A DNA stretch of 64,000 nucleotides from Thermoleophilia bacterium (GCA_017882605.1 JADGPE010000002.1:9381-73380), one strand, 5' to 3'. Positions 18,334 to 28,306 are shown, numbered from the stretch's first letter. A program made the numbers and translations. Notes: generated by a model from the sequence alone, not told the origin.

Positions 18334-18650
18334 TGCTCGGTGTTCGCGACACCCGTCGCGTCGCGTGGCGGCGGCAGCACGCCCAGCGGCACTACGTCGG
18401 ATACGTGACCGTCAGCGAGGCGAACGTCCGGCTCACCGGCCGGGAGCAGGCGACGGGAATCGACGTCTCCCTTTCCATCCCCCACACCGCAATCCGCAGT
18501 GTCCGGGTCGGCACCAAGGAATCCGAGATGGTCGACGGCGAGTTGACGGTCGTGCTCGAGCTCCGCGACGAAGAGCCGATCTACGTCCGGCCGATCGGCA
18601 ACGGCCCCCTCGATCTCGACGGCTTCGCCCGGAAGTTCCACGCGCAGTAG
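18333..18650 (+). CDS. hypothetical protein (105 aa)
   Basis: ATG 18333 within ORF 18261..18650; no own SD, coupled to uORF; no family recognised. Confidence 0.5.
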   Translation: MLGVRDTRRVAWRRQHAQRHYVGYVTVSEANVRLTGREQATGIDVSLSIPHTAIRSVRVGTKESEMVDGELTVVLELRDEEPIYVRPIGNGPLDLDGFARKFHAQ

Positions 18651-19292
18651 CTACGCGGGCGGCTCGAGCTGTCCGTGCTCGATCGCGTAGCGAACGAGCT
18701 CGGCACGGGTCGAAAGCTGGAGCTTGCGCATGATGTGGGCCCGGTGGGTCTCTGCGGTCCGCACCGAGATGAAGAGCTGCTTGGCGATCTCCTGGTTCGT
18801 GTGACCGAGCGCCAGGAGCCGCAGCACCTCACGCTCGCGGTCCGAGAGCGGATCCGAAGCGGCAGCCTCCTGTGCGGCGGCGTCGGCGGCAACCATCCGA
18901 GCGCCGAGGGCAGGGTGCACGTAGCGGTGCCCGCCCGCGACCTCGCGGATCGCCGCCACCACCTCCGCGTCGGCCGCCTCCTTCAGGACATAACCGCTCG
19001 CACCCGCCGCGAACGCCTCGCGCACGTAGCTCGGGTCGTCCTGCATCGAGAGCATCAGCACCTTGGCATCGGGGGCTTCGTGCAGCAACTTGGGCAAGGC
19101 GTCGATCCCGCTCTCGTCCGGCATGACGACATCGAGGAGGACGACGTCCGGTTTGCCGGCGCGGACCTCGAAGATCGCGTCACGCGCGTTGCCCGCATCG
19201 CCGATCACCTTCATGTCCTTCTCGGCCTCGAGCAGGAGCTTGAGACCCGAGCGAACGACTGCATGGTCGTCGACCACCACGATCCGGATCAC
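18651..19292 (-). CDS. NarL/LuxR-family response regulator (DevR/DosR-like by partner)
   Basis: Receiver IVVVDDH...VVLLDVVMPDESG, LuxR HTH LSDREREVLRLLALGHTNQEIAKQLFISVRTAETH; GTGA overlap with kinase gene. Confidence 0.9.
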   Translation of the reverse strand: MIRIVVVDDHAVVRSGLKLLLEAEKDMKVIGDAGNARDAIFEVRAGKPDVVLLDVVMPDESGIDALPKLLHEAPDAKVLMLSMQDDPSYVREAFAAGASGYVLKEAADAEVVAAIREVAGGHRYVHPALGARMVAADAAAQEAAASDPLSDREREVLRLLALGHTNQEIAKQLFISVRTAETHRAHIMRKLQLSTRAELVRYAIEHGQLEPPA

Positions 19293-20914
19293 GAGAGCGG
19301 CACCTCTGCGACGAGGCTCGTGCCCGTTCCGCGGTTCGACTCGATCGTCAGCCGCCCGTCGAGCAGAGCGAGGCGCTCGCGCATGCCTTCGAGACCGATG
19401 CCGCCGCGGAGCTCGTCTTCGGCGTCGAACCCGTGGCCGTCGTCCTCGACGAGAGCGGTCACAGCCCCACCGCGCCGGACGAGCAGCACGCTGACGCGCC
19501 GCGCCCCGGCATGCTTGGCAATGTTCGTCAACGACTCCTGCACGATCCGGTACAGCGTCGTCTCCACCTCGGACGGCAAGCGTTCGTCGCCAAGCTGTGA
19601 CTCGAAATCCACTGTGATCCCGGTCGCGTCGACGAAGGTCTCGACGAGCCGCTCGAGGGCCGCCACGAGCCCGAAATCGTCGAGCGCCTTGGGCCGCAGC
19701 TCGACGGCCAGACGGCGCACGTCCTGCAGGGTGGCGACGACGAGCTCGCGCAGCTGCGCCAGGGCCGCCGGCTTGTCCTCGGCGCTCTCGAACGTCTTGA
19801 GCCCGAGCAGGACCGACGTGAGTGCCTGACCGGTCTCGTCGTGCAACTCGCGTGCGAGGCGGCGACGCTCGCCTTCTTGTCCTTCGATCACGCGCCGCAA
19901 CGAATTGCGCTGGACGCGGCGGGAAAGCTCGACTGCGACGGCGGCGCGCTGCGCGAAGTGCTCGGCCAGCCTGAGGTCGGCGCTCGTGAAGCGCGGATCC
20001 CGGCCCACGCGGTCGTGCGCGAAAGCGATGCCGATCGAGCCGTCACGCGTCAGCAGCGGGACGTAGAGGCCCGTGGTGGCACCGAAATGGCGGGCCACCT
20101 CCTGCTCGACCTCCGGGTCGTCGAGCACCGCGTCGACCCGCTCGCTGTGGCCGCGCGCCAGCACCGCGCCGGCCTTGGTCGCGTACGGGATCACGTCGTG
20201 CAGCAGCTCGTTCGGCTGTTCGGAGGCAATCGCCTCGATCCGCAGGCCGTCCGGCGTGGGCAGTGCAATCGCGACCACCCGAGCGTGGATCAACTCGCGC
20301 AGCCGTTCGACGACGAGCTGCAGGAGCCGGGGAAGCTCGAGCTCACCGGCCAGGGCGGCGCTGATCTCCTGCAGCGACTCGAGCTGCCGTGACCATGCTG
20401 TGGCCGACTCGTAGAGGCGCGCGTTCTCGATCGCGACGGCCGCCTGCAGGGAGAGGAGCGTGATCAGCTCCTCGTCCCCCTCGTCGAAGTCGACTCCACC
20501 GTCCTTCTCGGTCAGGTAGAGATTGCCGTAGGCGACCCCGCGCAGCATGATCGGCGTCCCCAGAAAGGATTTCATCCGCGGATGGCCGGGCGGGAAGCCC
20601 ACGGAGCGCGGGTCTTCGGCGAGATCGTGCAGACGCAGCGTGTGGGCGTCGGTGATCAGCGCGCCGAGGATGCCGCGGCCGTGCGGCAGTTCGCCGATGA
20701 CCGCCCGTGTCTCCTCGTCGACTCCGTGCGTGACGAAGCGCTCCAGGCTGGCGCCGGTCGGGTCGATGACCCCGAGCGCCACGTAGCGGGCGCCGGTGAC
20801 CAGCGCGGCCGCCTCGACAATGCGCTGCAGAACACCGTCGAGCGACAGCTCCGAGCTGATCGCGAGCCCGGTCTGCACAAGCGTGCGGAGCCGCGTCGAT
20901 TGCTCGATTTGCAC
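19289..20914 (-). CDS. tandem-GAF sensor histidine kinase, DevS/DosS/DosT-like
   Basis: GAF-A segment DPRSVGFPPGHPRMKSFLGTPIMLRGVAYGNLYLTEK resembles the DevS heme pocket; second GAF; HisKA_3 H-box ARELHDETGQ; HATPase DDGHGF...GIGLEGMRER. Confidence 0.9.
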   Translation of the reverse strand: MQIEQSTRLRTLVQTGLAISSELSLDGVLQRIVEAAALVTGARYVALGVIDPTGASLERFVTHGVDEETRAVIGELPHGRGILGALITDAHTLRLHDLAEDPRSVGFPPGHPRMKSFLGTPIMLRGVAYGNLYLTEKDGGVDFDEGDEELITLLSLQAAVAIENARLYESATAWSRQLESLQEISAALAGELELPRLLQLVVERLRELIHARVVAIALPTPDGLRIEAIASEQPNELLHDVIPYATKAGAVLARGHSERVDAVLDDPEVEQEVARHFGATTGLYVPLLTRDGSIGIAFAHDRVGRDPRFTSADLRLAEHFAQRAAVAVELSRRVQRNSLRRVIEGQEGERRRLARELHDETGQALTSVLLGLKTFESAEDKPAALAQLRELVVATLQDVRRLAVELRPKALDDFGLVAALERLVETFVDATGITVDFESQLGDERLPSEVETTLYRIVQESLTNIAKHAGARRVSVLLVRRGGAVTALVEDDGHGFDAEDELRGGIGLEGMRERLALLDGRLTIESNRGTGTSLVAEVPLS

Positions 20915-20933
20915 GAGCCCATCGTCGCAGAAG

Positions 20934-23603
20934 TCACCAGGTCTTCGGTGATGCGGCCGGCGCAGGCCGGCCGATCCGGACCCGCATGTCGACCGCGACG
21001 CAGCCGTCGGGGCCGGCCAGCACCGGGTTCAGGTCGAGCTCTGTCACCTCCGGCAGGTCGACCGCGAGCCGTGAGAGCCGGTGCAGGAGATTCGTCAGCG
21101 CAGGCCTGTCGGCGGCAGGAGCTCCCCGCCAGCCGTCGACGAGCTTTGCCGCCTTGCCGGTGCCGAGGAGCTCGGACGCGTCCACGTCGGTCAGCGGTGC
21201 GAGGGCGAAGTTGGCGGAGCCGATCAGCTCGGCGAGCACGCCACCCGGGCCGAACGCAACGAGCGGGCCGAACACGGGGTCCTGGACGATCCCGGCGAGC
21301 AGCTCGGCGCCCTCGGTGAGGAACTGCTGGACGATCACCGGCCCGCCCATGCGGGCGGCGGCTTCGCGCACCTCGTCGGCCGTGCGGAGGTCGAGGGCGA
21401 CGCCACCGGATTCGGTCTTGTGGGCCCCGGCCGCGGCCGTCTTGACCACTGCGGGCAGCCCGAGCCTCTCGGCGGCCGCGGCCGCCTCGTCCGCTGTCGC
21501 CGCGCGGCGTTCTCCGACGAGCGGGATCCCGTATGCCTCGAGCAACGCGTGGGCGTCGTCGGCGTCGAGCCAGCCCTCCCCGGCGGCGTCGATAATCGCG
21601 CGCGCTCGCGCGAAGTCAACGTCGACGTCTGGCGTCGTGCCCGCAGGCCGCCTGAGCCACGCTGCACGCTGCGCGGCGAGCCCGAGCGCGTGCGCCGCGG
21701 ACTCGGGGTACTCGAAGCCACCGTGCGTCGAGCCGTCGGCGCTCATCACAACCGAGAGCAGGGGCTTGTCGGACTCCTCGGCGCAGCGCGCGAGGAGATC
21801 CTGGACGGTGCGCGGATCCTCCACCACGGGAGGCACGAAGAGGGCGATCAGCGCATCGACGTTCGGGTCGGCGAGGATCGGGCCGATCGCGCGCTCGTAC
21901 GTCGCCGCATTGGCGGAGCCGAGCAGGTCGATCGGATTCGCAAGGCTCGCTTCCTTCGGCACGCCTTCGGCGAGAACGGCGCGTGTCTCGGGCGTCAGCT
22001 CGGGCAGGACGAGACCGTGGGCCTCGCACGCATCGGCGCACAGAATGCCGAGCCCACCTGCGTTCGTCAGCACGGCGACGCGATCTCCTGCGGTCGCCGG
22101 CAGCGAGGTGAGGAGGACGGCCGTGTCGAGGAGCTCCTGCAACGTCGTGGCGCGCAGAACTCCCGCTTCGCGGAAGAGCGCGTCGATGACAACGTCGGAG
22201 CCGGCGAGGGCCGCGGTATGTGACGCGGCCGCGCGCGCGCCGGCCTTGCTCGTGCCGCTGCGCATCGCGAGGATCGGCTTCGAGCGGGCGACGCGCCCCG
22301 CGACGCGCGCAAACTTGCGTGGGTTCCCGAACGACTCGAGGTACAGCAGGACGACATCGGTCTCCGGGTCGTCCTCCCAGTACTCGAGCAGGTCGTTGGA
22401 AGAGACGTCGGCCTTGTTGCCGATCGAGACGAACGCCGAGAGGCCGAGACCGCGCGCATCTGCCTGCTCGAGCAAGGCAAGCCCGAGCGCTCCGCTCTGG
22501 GACGAGAACGCCGTCCGCCCGGACGGGAAAGCGCTCCGGGCGAAGGTCGCATTCAGGCGGCACGCAGCCGACGCGACGCCGAGGCAGTTCGGCCCGATCA
22601 GACGTGCGCCGTAGCTACGGACGAGCGCGAGCAGCTGTGTCTGGCGCTCGAGGCCCTCGGAACCGGTTTCGGCGAAGCCTGCCGAGATGACGCAGATCGC
22701 GCGAACCCCGGCGCGGAGCGCCGACTGGGTCGCATCGAGCACCTGTTCGCCCGGGACGCAGACGACGGCGAGATCGACGGAGGCAGGAATGTCCTCGATC
22801 GAGCGGTAGCCCGGCACACCGCCGACCGGCGCGCCCTTCTGGTTGACCGGATACGCAGCGCCGGCGAAGTCGCCGGCGATCACGTTGCGGAAGAGCTCGC
22901 CGCCGATCGTGCCACGCCGCGCCGAGGCGCCGATCACGGCGACCGACGCCGGCTTGAAGAACAACTCGAGCGAGGCCGCGACCGCAGAGTGGTCGCGCTG
23001 CGCGATCCGGTCGAGCACCTCGGCGGAGCTCGTGAGCGCGAACTCGACCTCGACGACGCCGCCGACGTAACGGCGGCGAACCTCGAAGCCCGTGTCCCCG
23101 AAGACACGGAGCATCGCCGCGTTCTCGGGCAGAACCTGTGCGACGAACCGGTCGATGCCGGCGGCACGCGCGTGCGCGGAGAGCCGCTCGAGGAGGCGGC
23201 TCGCGATCCCACGGCGCTGAAATTCGTCAGCGACGACGAACGCGACCTCGGCGCGGGACGGATCCCGGAGTCGAACCCACGTCCCGAGCCCGATCACGCG
23301 CACGGCACCGTTTTCGTCGATCAGTTCACCGATCAGCGACAGGCTCTCGTCGCCGTCGCTCCGGAGAAACGACGAGATCAGGTGTGAGTCGACCCTGACG
23401 GCCCCCTGGAACCGCAGATAGCGGCTCTCGGGTGAAAGACGCTCGAAGAACTCGAGCAGTTCTGATTCGTCGGTGGCGGTGGTCGGCCGCAGGCCGAGCG
23501 TCGAACCGTCCCGCAGGACGACGTCTTCCCGGTCCCCGATCGCAACCACGCCGCCAATGTTGCCTGACCGATCGGTGCGGCCATCCGCCGCGGGCCGTGC
23601 CAA
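20934..23603 (-). CDS. GNAT acetyltransferase fused to ADP-forming acyl-CoA synthetase-like domains (actinobacterial Pat-type architecture)
   Basis: N-terminal GNAT (FQRRGIASRLL), CoA-binding VAVIGAS..., AASHTAALAGSD segment, C-terminal ATP-grasp VVKTAAAGAHKTESGGV; start uncertain (TTG 23603 or GTG 23549). Confidence 0.88.
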   Translation of the reverse strand: MARPAADGRTDRSGNIGGVVAIGDREDVVLRDGSTLGLRPTTATDESELLEFFERLSPESRYLRFQGAVRVDSHLISSFLRSDGDESLSLIGELIDENGAVRVIGLGTWVRLRDPSRAEVAFVVADEFQRRGIASRLLERLSAHARAAGIDRFVAQVLPENAAMLRVFGDTGFEVRRRYVGGVVEVEFALTSSAEVLDRIAQRDHSAVAASLELFFKPASVAVIGASARRGTIGGELFRNVIAGDFAGAAYPVNQKGAPVGGVPGYRSIEDIPASVDLAVVCVPGEQVLDATQSALRAGVRAICVISAGFAETGSEGLERQTQLLALVRSYGARLIGPNCLGVASAACRLNATFARSAFPSGRTAFSSQSGALGLALLEQADARGLGLSAFVSIGNKADVSSNDLLEYWEDDPETDVVLLYLESFGNPRKFARVAGRVARSKPILAMRSGTSKAGARAAASHTAALAGSDVVIDALFREAGVLRATTLQELLDTAVLLTSLPATAGDRVAVLTNAGGLGILCADACEAHGLVLPELTPETRAVLAEGVPKEASLANPIDLLGSANAATYERAIGPILADPNVDALIALFVPPVVEDPRTVQDLLARCAEESDKPLLSVVMSADGSTHGGFEYPESAAHALGLAAQRAAWLRRPAGTTPDVDVDFARARAIIDAAGEGWLDADDAHALLEAYGIPLVGERRAATADEAAAAAERLGLPAVVKTAAAGAHKTESGGVALDLRTADEVREAAARMGGPVIVQQFLTEGAELLAGIVQDPVFGPLVAFGPGGVLAELIGSANFALAPLTDVDASELLGTGKAAKLVDGWRGAPAADRPALTNLLHRLSRLAVDLPEVTELDLNPVLAGPDGCVAVDMRVRIGRPAPAASPKTW

Positions 23604-23702
23604 TGGTGCGGAGAACTACGTATCTGCCCACGGCCTCCGCCCCGATTCAGCCCCCCTACGACGGCGGCACGATCAAGGTGTCGAACGAAGAGGAGGCCCA
23701 CG

Positions 23703-24188
23703 ATGAAGTCGATCGTTCTCGCTACCGACGGCTCGCCTTCGGCTGCCGAGGCAACGGTGCGCGCGGTCGAGCTCGCAGGCGCGCTCGATGCGACACTCAT
23801 CGCAGTGGCGGTGGAGCACGTCACCGTCCCCGCGTACGGCTACTACGGCTATGCCGACGTCGTCACGGAGCTCGCCAAGATGGAGCACGAGCACGTGGAC
23901 GAAGCGCTTGCGCGCGCGAAGGCCGTCGCGACCGAGGCCGGAGTTCCCTGCGAGGTCGTGCACGCCACCGGCTCGATCTCCGAAGAGATCTGCAATGTCG
24001 CGGCGTCCCACCACACGCGCCTGATCGTCATCGGCGCGCACGGTTGGGGTCCGGTTCGGAGGTTGCTGCACGGCAGCGTGTCGAGTGCAGTCCTCCATGA
24101 TGCGCCCTGCCCGGTGCTCGTCGTGCGCGCCGACCAGGCCACAGCCCAGACAACCGCCACCGCACAGGTTGAGAAGGCCCGTCAATGA
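23703..24188 (+). CDS. universal stress protein
   Basis: IVLATDGSPSA...LIVIGAHGWGPVRRLLHGSVS; GAGGAGG SD. Confidence 0.88.
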   Translation: MKSIVLATDGSPSAAEATVRAVELAGALDATLIAVAVEHVTVPAYGYYGYADVVTELAKMEHEHVDEALARAKAVATEAGVPCEVVHATGSISEEICNVAASHHTRLIVIGAHGWGPVRRLLHGSVSSAVLHDAPCPVLVVRADQATAQTTATAQVEKARQ

Positions 24189-24697
24189 CCCGCACACTCG
24201 TCGCCTACGGCAGCAAGCACGGCTCGACGAACGAGGTCGCGACCGCGGTCGCCGCGAGCCTCCGCGCCGCCGGGCATGACATCGATCTTCTCTCCGCGGA
24301 AGCTGCAGCCGTGGCCGGCCCGGCCGGCTACGAGTGCGCCGTGATCGGCGGCTCGCTCTACATGGGCCGCTGGCACGCGGACGTATGCAGGCTCGTCCGC
24401 CGGCACCACGATGCGCTCGCTCGAATGCCGCTCGCGGTCTTCGCGCTCGGCCCTCGCACGCTCGAGGCGGAGGACGTCGCGGACTCGCGGAAGCAGCTCG
24501 ACAGCGTGCTGAAGCGCCTGAAGATCGAGCCGCAACTCGTCACGATCTTCGGCGGCGCCGTCGACCCGGCCAAGTTCCATTTCCCGCTCAGCCGTATGCC
24601 GCACAGCGACGTTCGCGACTGGCAGGCAATCGACGCCTGGAGCGCCGAAGTCGGTGCAATGATCTCCGAGCGCACGACGAAGCTGATCCAGGTCTAG
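24185..24697 (+). CDS. flavodoxin-like protein (HemG/Flavodoxin_5 type)
   Basis: LVAYGSKHGSTNEVA FMN-loop style N-terminus; ATGA overlap with USP gene. Confidence 0.75.
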   Translation: MTRTLVAYGSKHGSTNEVATAVAASLRAAGHDIDLLSAEAAAVAGPAGYECAVIGGSLYMGRWHADVCRLVRRHHDALARMPLAVFALGPRTLEAEDVADSRKQLDSVLKRLKIEPQLVTIFGGAVDPAKFHFPLSRMPHSDVRDWQAIDAWSAEVGAMISERTTKLIQV

Positions 24698-25566
24698 GGC
24701 TCGGCCACGGCGTCGGGCCCCCGGCCCGTTGCGAGCACACAACCCACGAGCACGAGGGCGAACCCGATCACCATGCCCGCGGAGATGTGCTCGCCGAGCA
24801 CCGCGACACCGAGCACGGCGGCGACCGCCGGGTTCACGTAGGTGATCACGGTCGCCCGAACCGGGCCGACTTCCGCGATCAGCGCGAAGAAGACCAGGAA
24901 GGCGAGCGCGGTACAGACGACGGCCAGGCCGACGACGGATTCGAGGACGTGCGCCGAAGGCGTCGCAGCCGGCCAGTGCGTCACGGCGAACGGCGCGTAC
25001 GCGAGCGCAGAGATCGCGAGCGACGCAGCGACGACTCCGAGCGCCGGGACGTCGCCGAGGCTGCGCGAGAAGATGATCGGCCCGACCGCATAGCCGACGG
25101 CGACGAAAGCCACCTCGACGAGCGCGAGCGCATTCACCTGGCCGACGTCGAGACCGACGATCGCGGCGACACCGGCGATGCCGATCAGCAGCCCGAGCCA
25201 GCTACGCCCACCGAGGCGCTCACGCTCGCCGGTCAGCGTCACGACGAGCGCCCCGACGAGCGGGACCGCCGCGATCAAGAGGCCGGTGAGCGAGCTCGTG
25301 AGCTTCGTCTCGGCGCGTGCCAGGAGCACCCAGGGGATGGCGACCTCAACGGCGGTGTAGGCGAGGAGCGGCGCCCAGCGACGGAGCAGCGGCCTCAGAT
25401 CGCCGCGGTAGGCGGCCACCGGGGTGAGCAGGAGCGCGCCGATCGCGGTGCGGCCGAAGACGAGGGTGACCGGCGCCAGCTCGCGCACGGCGACGCGGAT
25501 CATCAGGTACGGAACGCCCCAGATCACGCACATCGCTGCAAAGAGCAGCGCCCCGCGCCGGTTCAT
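24694..25566 (-). CDS. EamA/DMT family transporter
   Basis: 10 hydrophobic segments, two-repeat EamA pattern, WGVPYLMIRVAV; ATGA overlap with VKOR stop. Confidence 0.85.
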   Translation of the reverse strand: MNRRGALLFAAMCVIWGVPYLMIRVAVRELAPVTLVFGRTAIGALLLTPVAAYRGDLRPLLRRWAPLLAYTAVEVAIPWVLLARAETKLTSSLTGLLIAAVPLVGALVVTLTGERERLGGRSWLGLLIGIAGVAAIVGLDVGQVNALALVEVAFVAVGYAVGPIIFSRSLGDVPALGVVAASLAISALAYAPFAVTHWPAATPSAHVLESVVGLAVVCTALAFLVFFALIAEVGPVRATVITYVNPAVAAVLGVAVLGEHISAGMVIGFALVLVGCVLATGRGPDAVAEP

Positions 25567-25970
25567 TCAGCAGGCGGGGGCTCGGTCAGCATCCGCGCGA
25601 CACAGAGCACTGCAACGGCGGCGATCACAACATCGTTCCCGAGGCACCACTGGCACAGCGCCCCGATCGGGCCGAGTTGCGCCCAGAGCAGGTAGCCGCT
25701 GAACGCAACGCCGACGAACGCCAGCAGGACCCCGGTGAACGCCGCAGCCGTCCCACGCACGACCGTCGTCCCGATCAGCGCCGCGTAGGCGATCAGACCG
25801 AGCACGGCGACCGGGACGCCGGAGAGCTCCGCGTACTTCGATTTCTGCACGGTCTCACAACCGCTGTTCACGCAGATCGGGGCCGTGTGGGCGTAGTGGA
25901 CATAGGTCAGGTACGCGGCAATCCCGCCGCCGACGGCGGAAGTTGCGGCGATCGTGGCCCGCAGCCTCAC
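25563..25970 (-). CDS. vitamin K epoxide reductase (VKOR) family protein
   Basis: Loop cysteines PICVNSGCETV and redox CQWC in TM helix; start GTG 25970 forms GTGA with DsbA stop. Confidence 0.8.
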   Translation of the reverse strand: MRLRATIAATSAVGGGIAAYLTYVHYAHTAPICVNSGCETVQKSKYAELSGVPVAVLGLIAYAALIGTTVVRGTAAAFTGVLLAFVGVAFSGYLLWAQLGPIGALCQWCLGNDVVIAAVAVLCVARMLTEPPPAE

Positions 25971-26680
25971 TTCAGCAGGGGGTCGAGCGCGGCCTCGAAG
26001 GATGCCGGATCCAAGGCCGAGAGCTGCAACTGCGTCGGAACCGCGGGCGGCTTCTGGACGATGAAGGTGGGCGTGCCGCGGACGGCGTAGGTGGTCGCCG
26101 CTTGCCGCGCGTCGTTCCACATCGCGGTGACGGGCGCCGTCAGGAAGGCGGCCGAGATCGCATTGACGTTGGCGCCTGCTGCCTTCGCAGAGCCGGCGAT
26201 CACTGCGTCGTTGATCCAGCCGCTGTTCTCAACTCCCTGCCGGGCGTACAACTGGTCGACCATCTGCCACAGCTTGTTCTGCAGCCCGGCCGCATAAGCG
26301 GCACGCAGGCCGTATTCGGAGTTCGCGCCGATGATGTTGATTCCGCGCCAGACCAGCTTGATCCGGCCGGTCCTGACGTAGTCCCTGACGACCGTCGGCA
26401 GCGTCCCGACGTTCCAGTCCCTGCAGTAGGGGCACTGCGGGTCTTCGAAGACCTGAACCGTCACCGGAGCCGTCGCGCGGCCGAGCGTGAGGCCCTTTTG
26501 CGGGATTCCCTTCAGCGAGGCAGGCCCTGTCGCCGCGGTCGTCGTGGTGGCTGCGCTCGACGTCGTGCCGGACGACCCGCCCCCGGTCCCGATCAGGATC
26601 AGGACGACCGCAACTGCGATCGCCCCGAGTGCCGCCGCACCGAGCAGGTAGAGACGAGAGCGGTTCACGAGAACCAGCAT
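25967..26680 (-). CDS. DsbA-family thiol:disulfide oxidoreductase, membrane-anchored
   Basis: TM anchor LYLLGAAALGAIAVAVVLIL, Thr/Ser-rich linker, active site CPYC; start ATG 26680. Confidence 0.85.
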   Translation of the reverse strand: MLVLVNRSRLYLLGAAALGAIAVAVVLILIGTGGGSSGTTSSAATTTTAATGPASLKGIPQKGLTLGRATAPVTVQVFEDPQCPYCRDWNVGTLPTVVRDYVRTGRIKLVWRGINIIGANSEYGLRAAYAAGLQNKLWQMVDQLYARQGVENSGWINDAVIAGSAKAAGANVNAISAAFLTAPVTAMWNDARQAATTYAVRGTPTFIVQKPPAVPTQLQLSALDPASFEAALDPLLK

Positions 26681-26746
26681 GCACGAATCACGCGGTCCGC
26701 GGCTCGGTGAAAACCCACAGAAGGACCGGGCGGTTAGGCTCCACCT

Positions 26747-28306
26747 GTGGCGCTGCTCACGAGCCGGGTCGAGCACACGGACGATTTCGCCCGTCGGCGG
26801 TCCCGGCTGGAGGCCCTCGTGGAGGAACTGCGGGTGCGAGCCGCTCAGGTGTCGGCCGGTGGCGGCGACCGGGCCGTCGAGCGCCACCACGCACGCGGCA
26901 AGCTGCTCGCGCGCGAGCGGATCGACCGGCTCCTCGACCCTGGTACGGCGTTCCTGGAACTGAACGCGCTCGCCGCGTGGGAGGTCTACGGCGGGCAGGC
27001 GCCGAGCGCCGGGATCGTGACCGGCATCGGCGTGATCGAGGGCCGTCAGTGCGTGATCGTCGCGAACGACGCGACCGTGAAAGGGGGCTCGTACTTCCCG
27101 CTCACCGTGAAGAAGCACCTACGGGCGCAGGAGGTCGCGGAGGAGAACCACCTGCCGTGCCTCTATCTCGTCGACTCGGGCGGCGCCTTCCTGCCGCTCC
27201 AGGCCGAGGTGTTCCCGGACCGCGAGCACTTCGGCCGCATCTTCTTCAACCAGGCGCGCATGTCGGCGAAGGGGATCCCACAGATCGCAGTCGTGATGGG
27301 CTCGTGCACGGCCGGCGGCGCGTACGTGCCGGCGATGAGCGACGAGACGGTGATCGTCCGCGGGACGGGGACGATCTTCATCGGCGGCCCGCCACTCGTG
27401 AAGGCTGCGACCGGCCAGGACGTGACCGCCGAGGAGCTCGGCGGCGCCGACGTGCACGCGCGGCAGTCGGGAGTCGCCGATCACTACGCATCGAGCGACG
27501 AGCATGCGCTCGCGATCGCGCGACGAATCGTCGCGAACGTGCACGCCCGGAAGCCGGAGCTGCCGTGGACACGGACGGCGCCGGAGCCGCCCGCGGTCGA
27601 TCCCTCCGACCTCTACGGCCTGATCCCCGACGACCACCGCACGCAGATGGATGCACGCGAGGTGATCGCGCGGATCGTCGACGGCAGCCGTTTCGACGAG
27701 TTCAAGACGCTGTACGGAGAAACGCTCGTCTGCGGCTGGGCGCGCATCGAGGGCTATCCGGTCGGGATCCTCGCATCGAACGGAGTGTTGTTCGCAGAGA
27801 GCGCGCAGAAAGGCGCGCACTTCGTCGAGCTGGCCTGCAAGCGTCGCGTGCCACTCATCTTCCTGCAGAACATCACCGGGTTCATGGTCGGCAAGGAGTA
27901 CGAGGCCGGCGGAATTGCGCGTGACGGGGCGAAGCTCGTGATGGCCGTCGCGTGCGCCGACGTGCCGAAGTTCACGGTCGTCACGGGCGGTTCGTTCGGC
28001 GCCGGCAATTACGGGATGTGCGGGCGTGCCTACTCCCCGCGCCAACTGTGGATGTGGCCGAACGCGCGCATCTCTGTGATGGGCGGCGACCAGGCCGCGA
28101 CTGTGCTGACGATGGTCGGCGACGCCGACGCCGACGAGATCCGCGCCAAGTACGAGCTCGAGGGGAATCCCTACTACTCGACGGCACGCCTCTGGGACGA
28201 CGGGATCATCGATCCCCTCGACACTCGCCGCGTGCTCGCACTCGGCATCTCCGCCGCGTTGAACGCGCCGATTCCGGAGACGACGTTCGGCGTCTTCCGC
28301 ATGTGA
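26747..28306 (+). CDS. methylcrotonyl-CoA carboxylase beta (carboxyltransferase) subunit
   Basis: [31 protein letters not shown]...[19 protein letters not shown] closely follows the MCC-beta pattern. Confidence 0.88.
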   Translation: MALLTSRVEHTDDFARRRSRLEALVEELRVRAAQVSAGGGDRAVERHHARGKLLARERIDRLLDPGTAFLELNALAAWEVYGGQAPSAGIVTGIGVIEGRQCVIVANDATVKGGSYFPLTVKKHLRAQEVAEENHLPCLYLVDSGGAFLPLQAEVFPDREHFGRIFFNQARMSAKGIPQIAVVMGSCTAGGAYVPAMSDETVIVRGTGTIFIGGPPLVKAATGQDVTAEELGGADVHARQSGVADHYASSDEHALAIARRIVANVHARKPELPWTRTAPEPPAVDPSDLYGLIPDDHRTQMDAREVIARIVDGSRFDEFKTLYGETLVCGWARIEGYPVGILASNGVLFAESAQKGAHFVELACKRRVPLIFLQNITGFMVGKEYEAGGIARDGAKLVMAVACADVPKFTVVTGGSFGAGNYGMCGRAYSPRQLWMWPNARISVMGGDQAATVLTMVGDADADEIRAKYELEGNPYYSTARLWDDGIIDPLDTRRVLALGISAALNAPIPETTFGVFRM

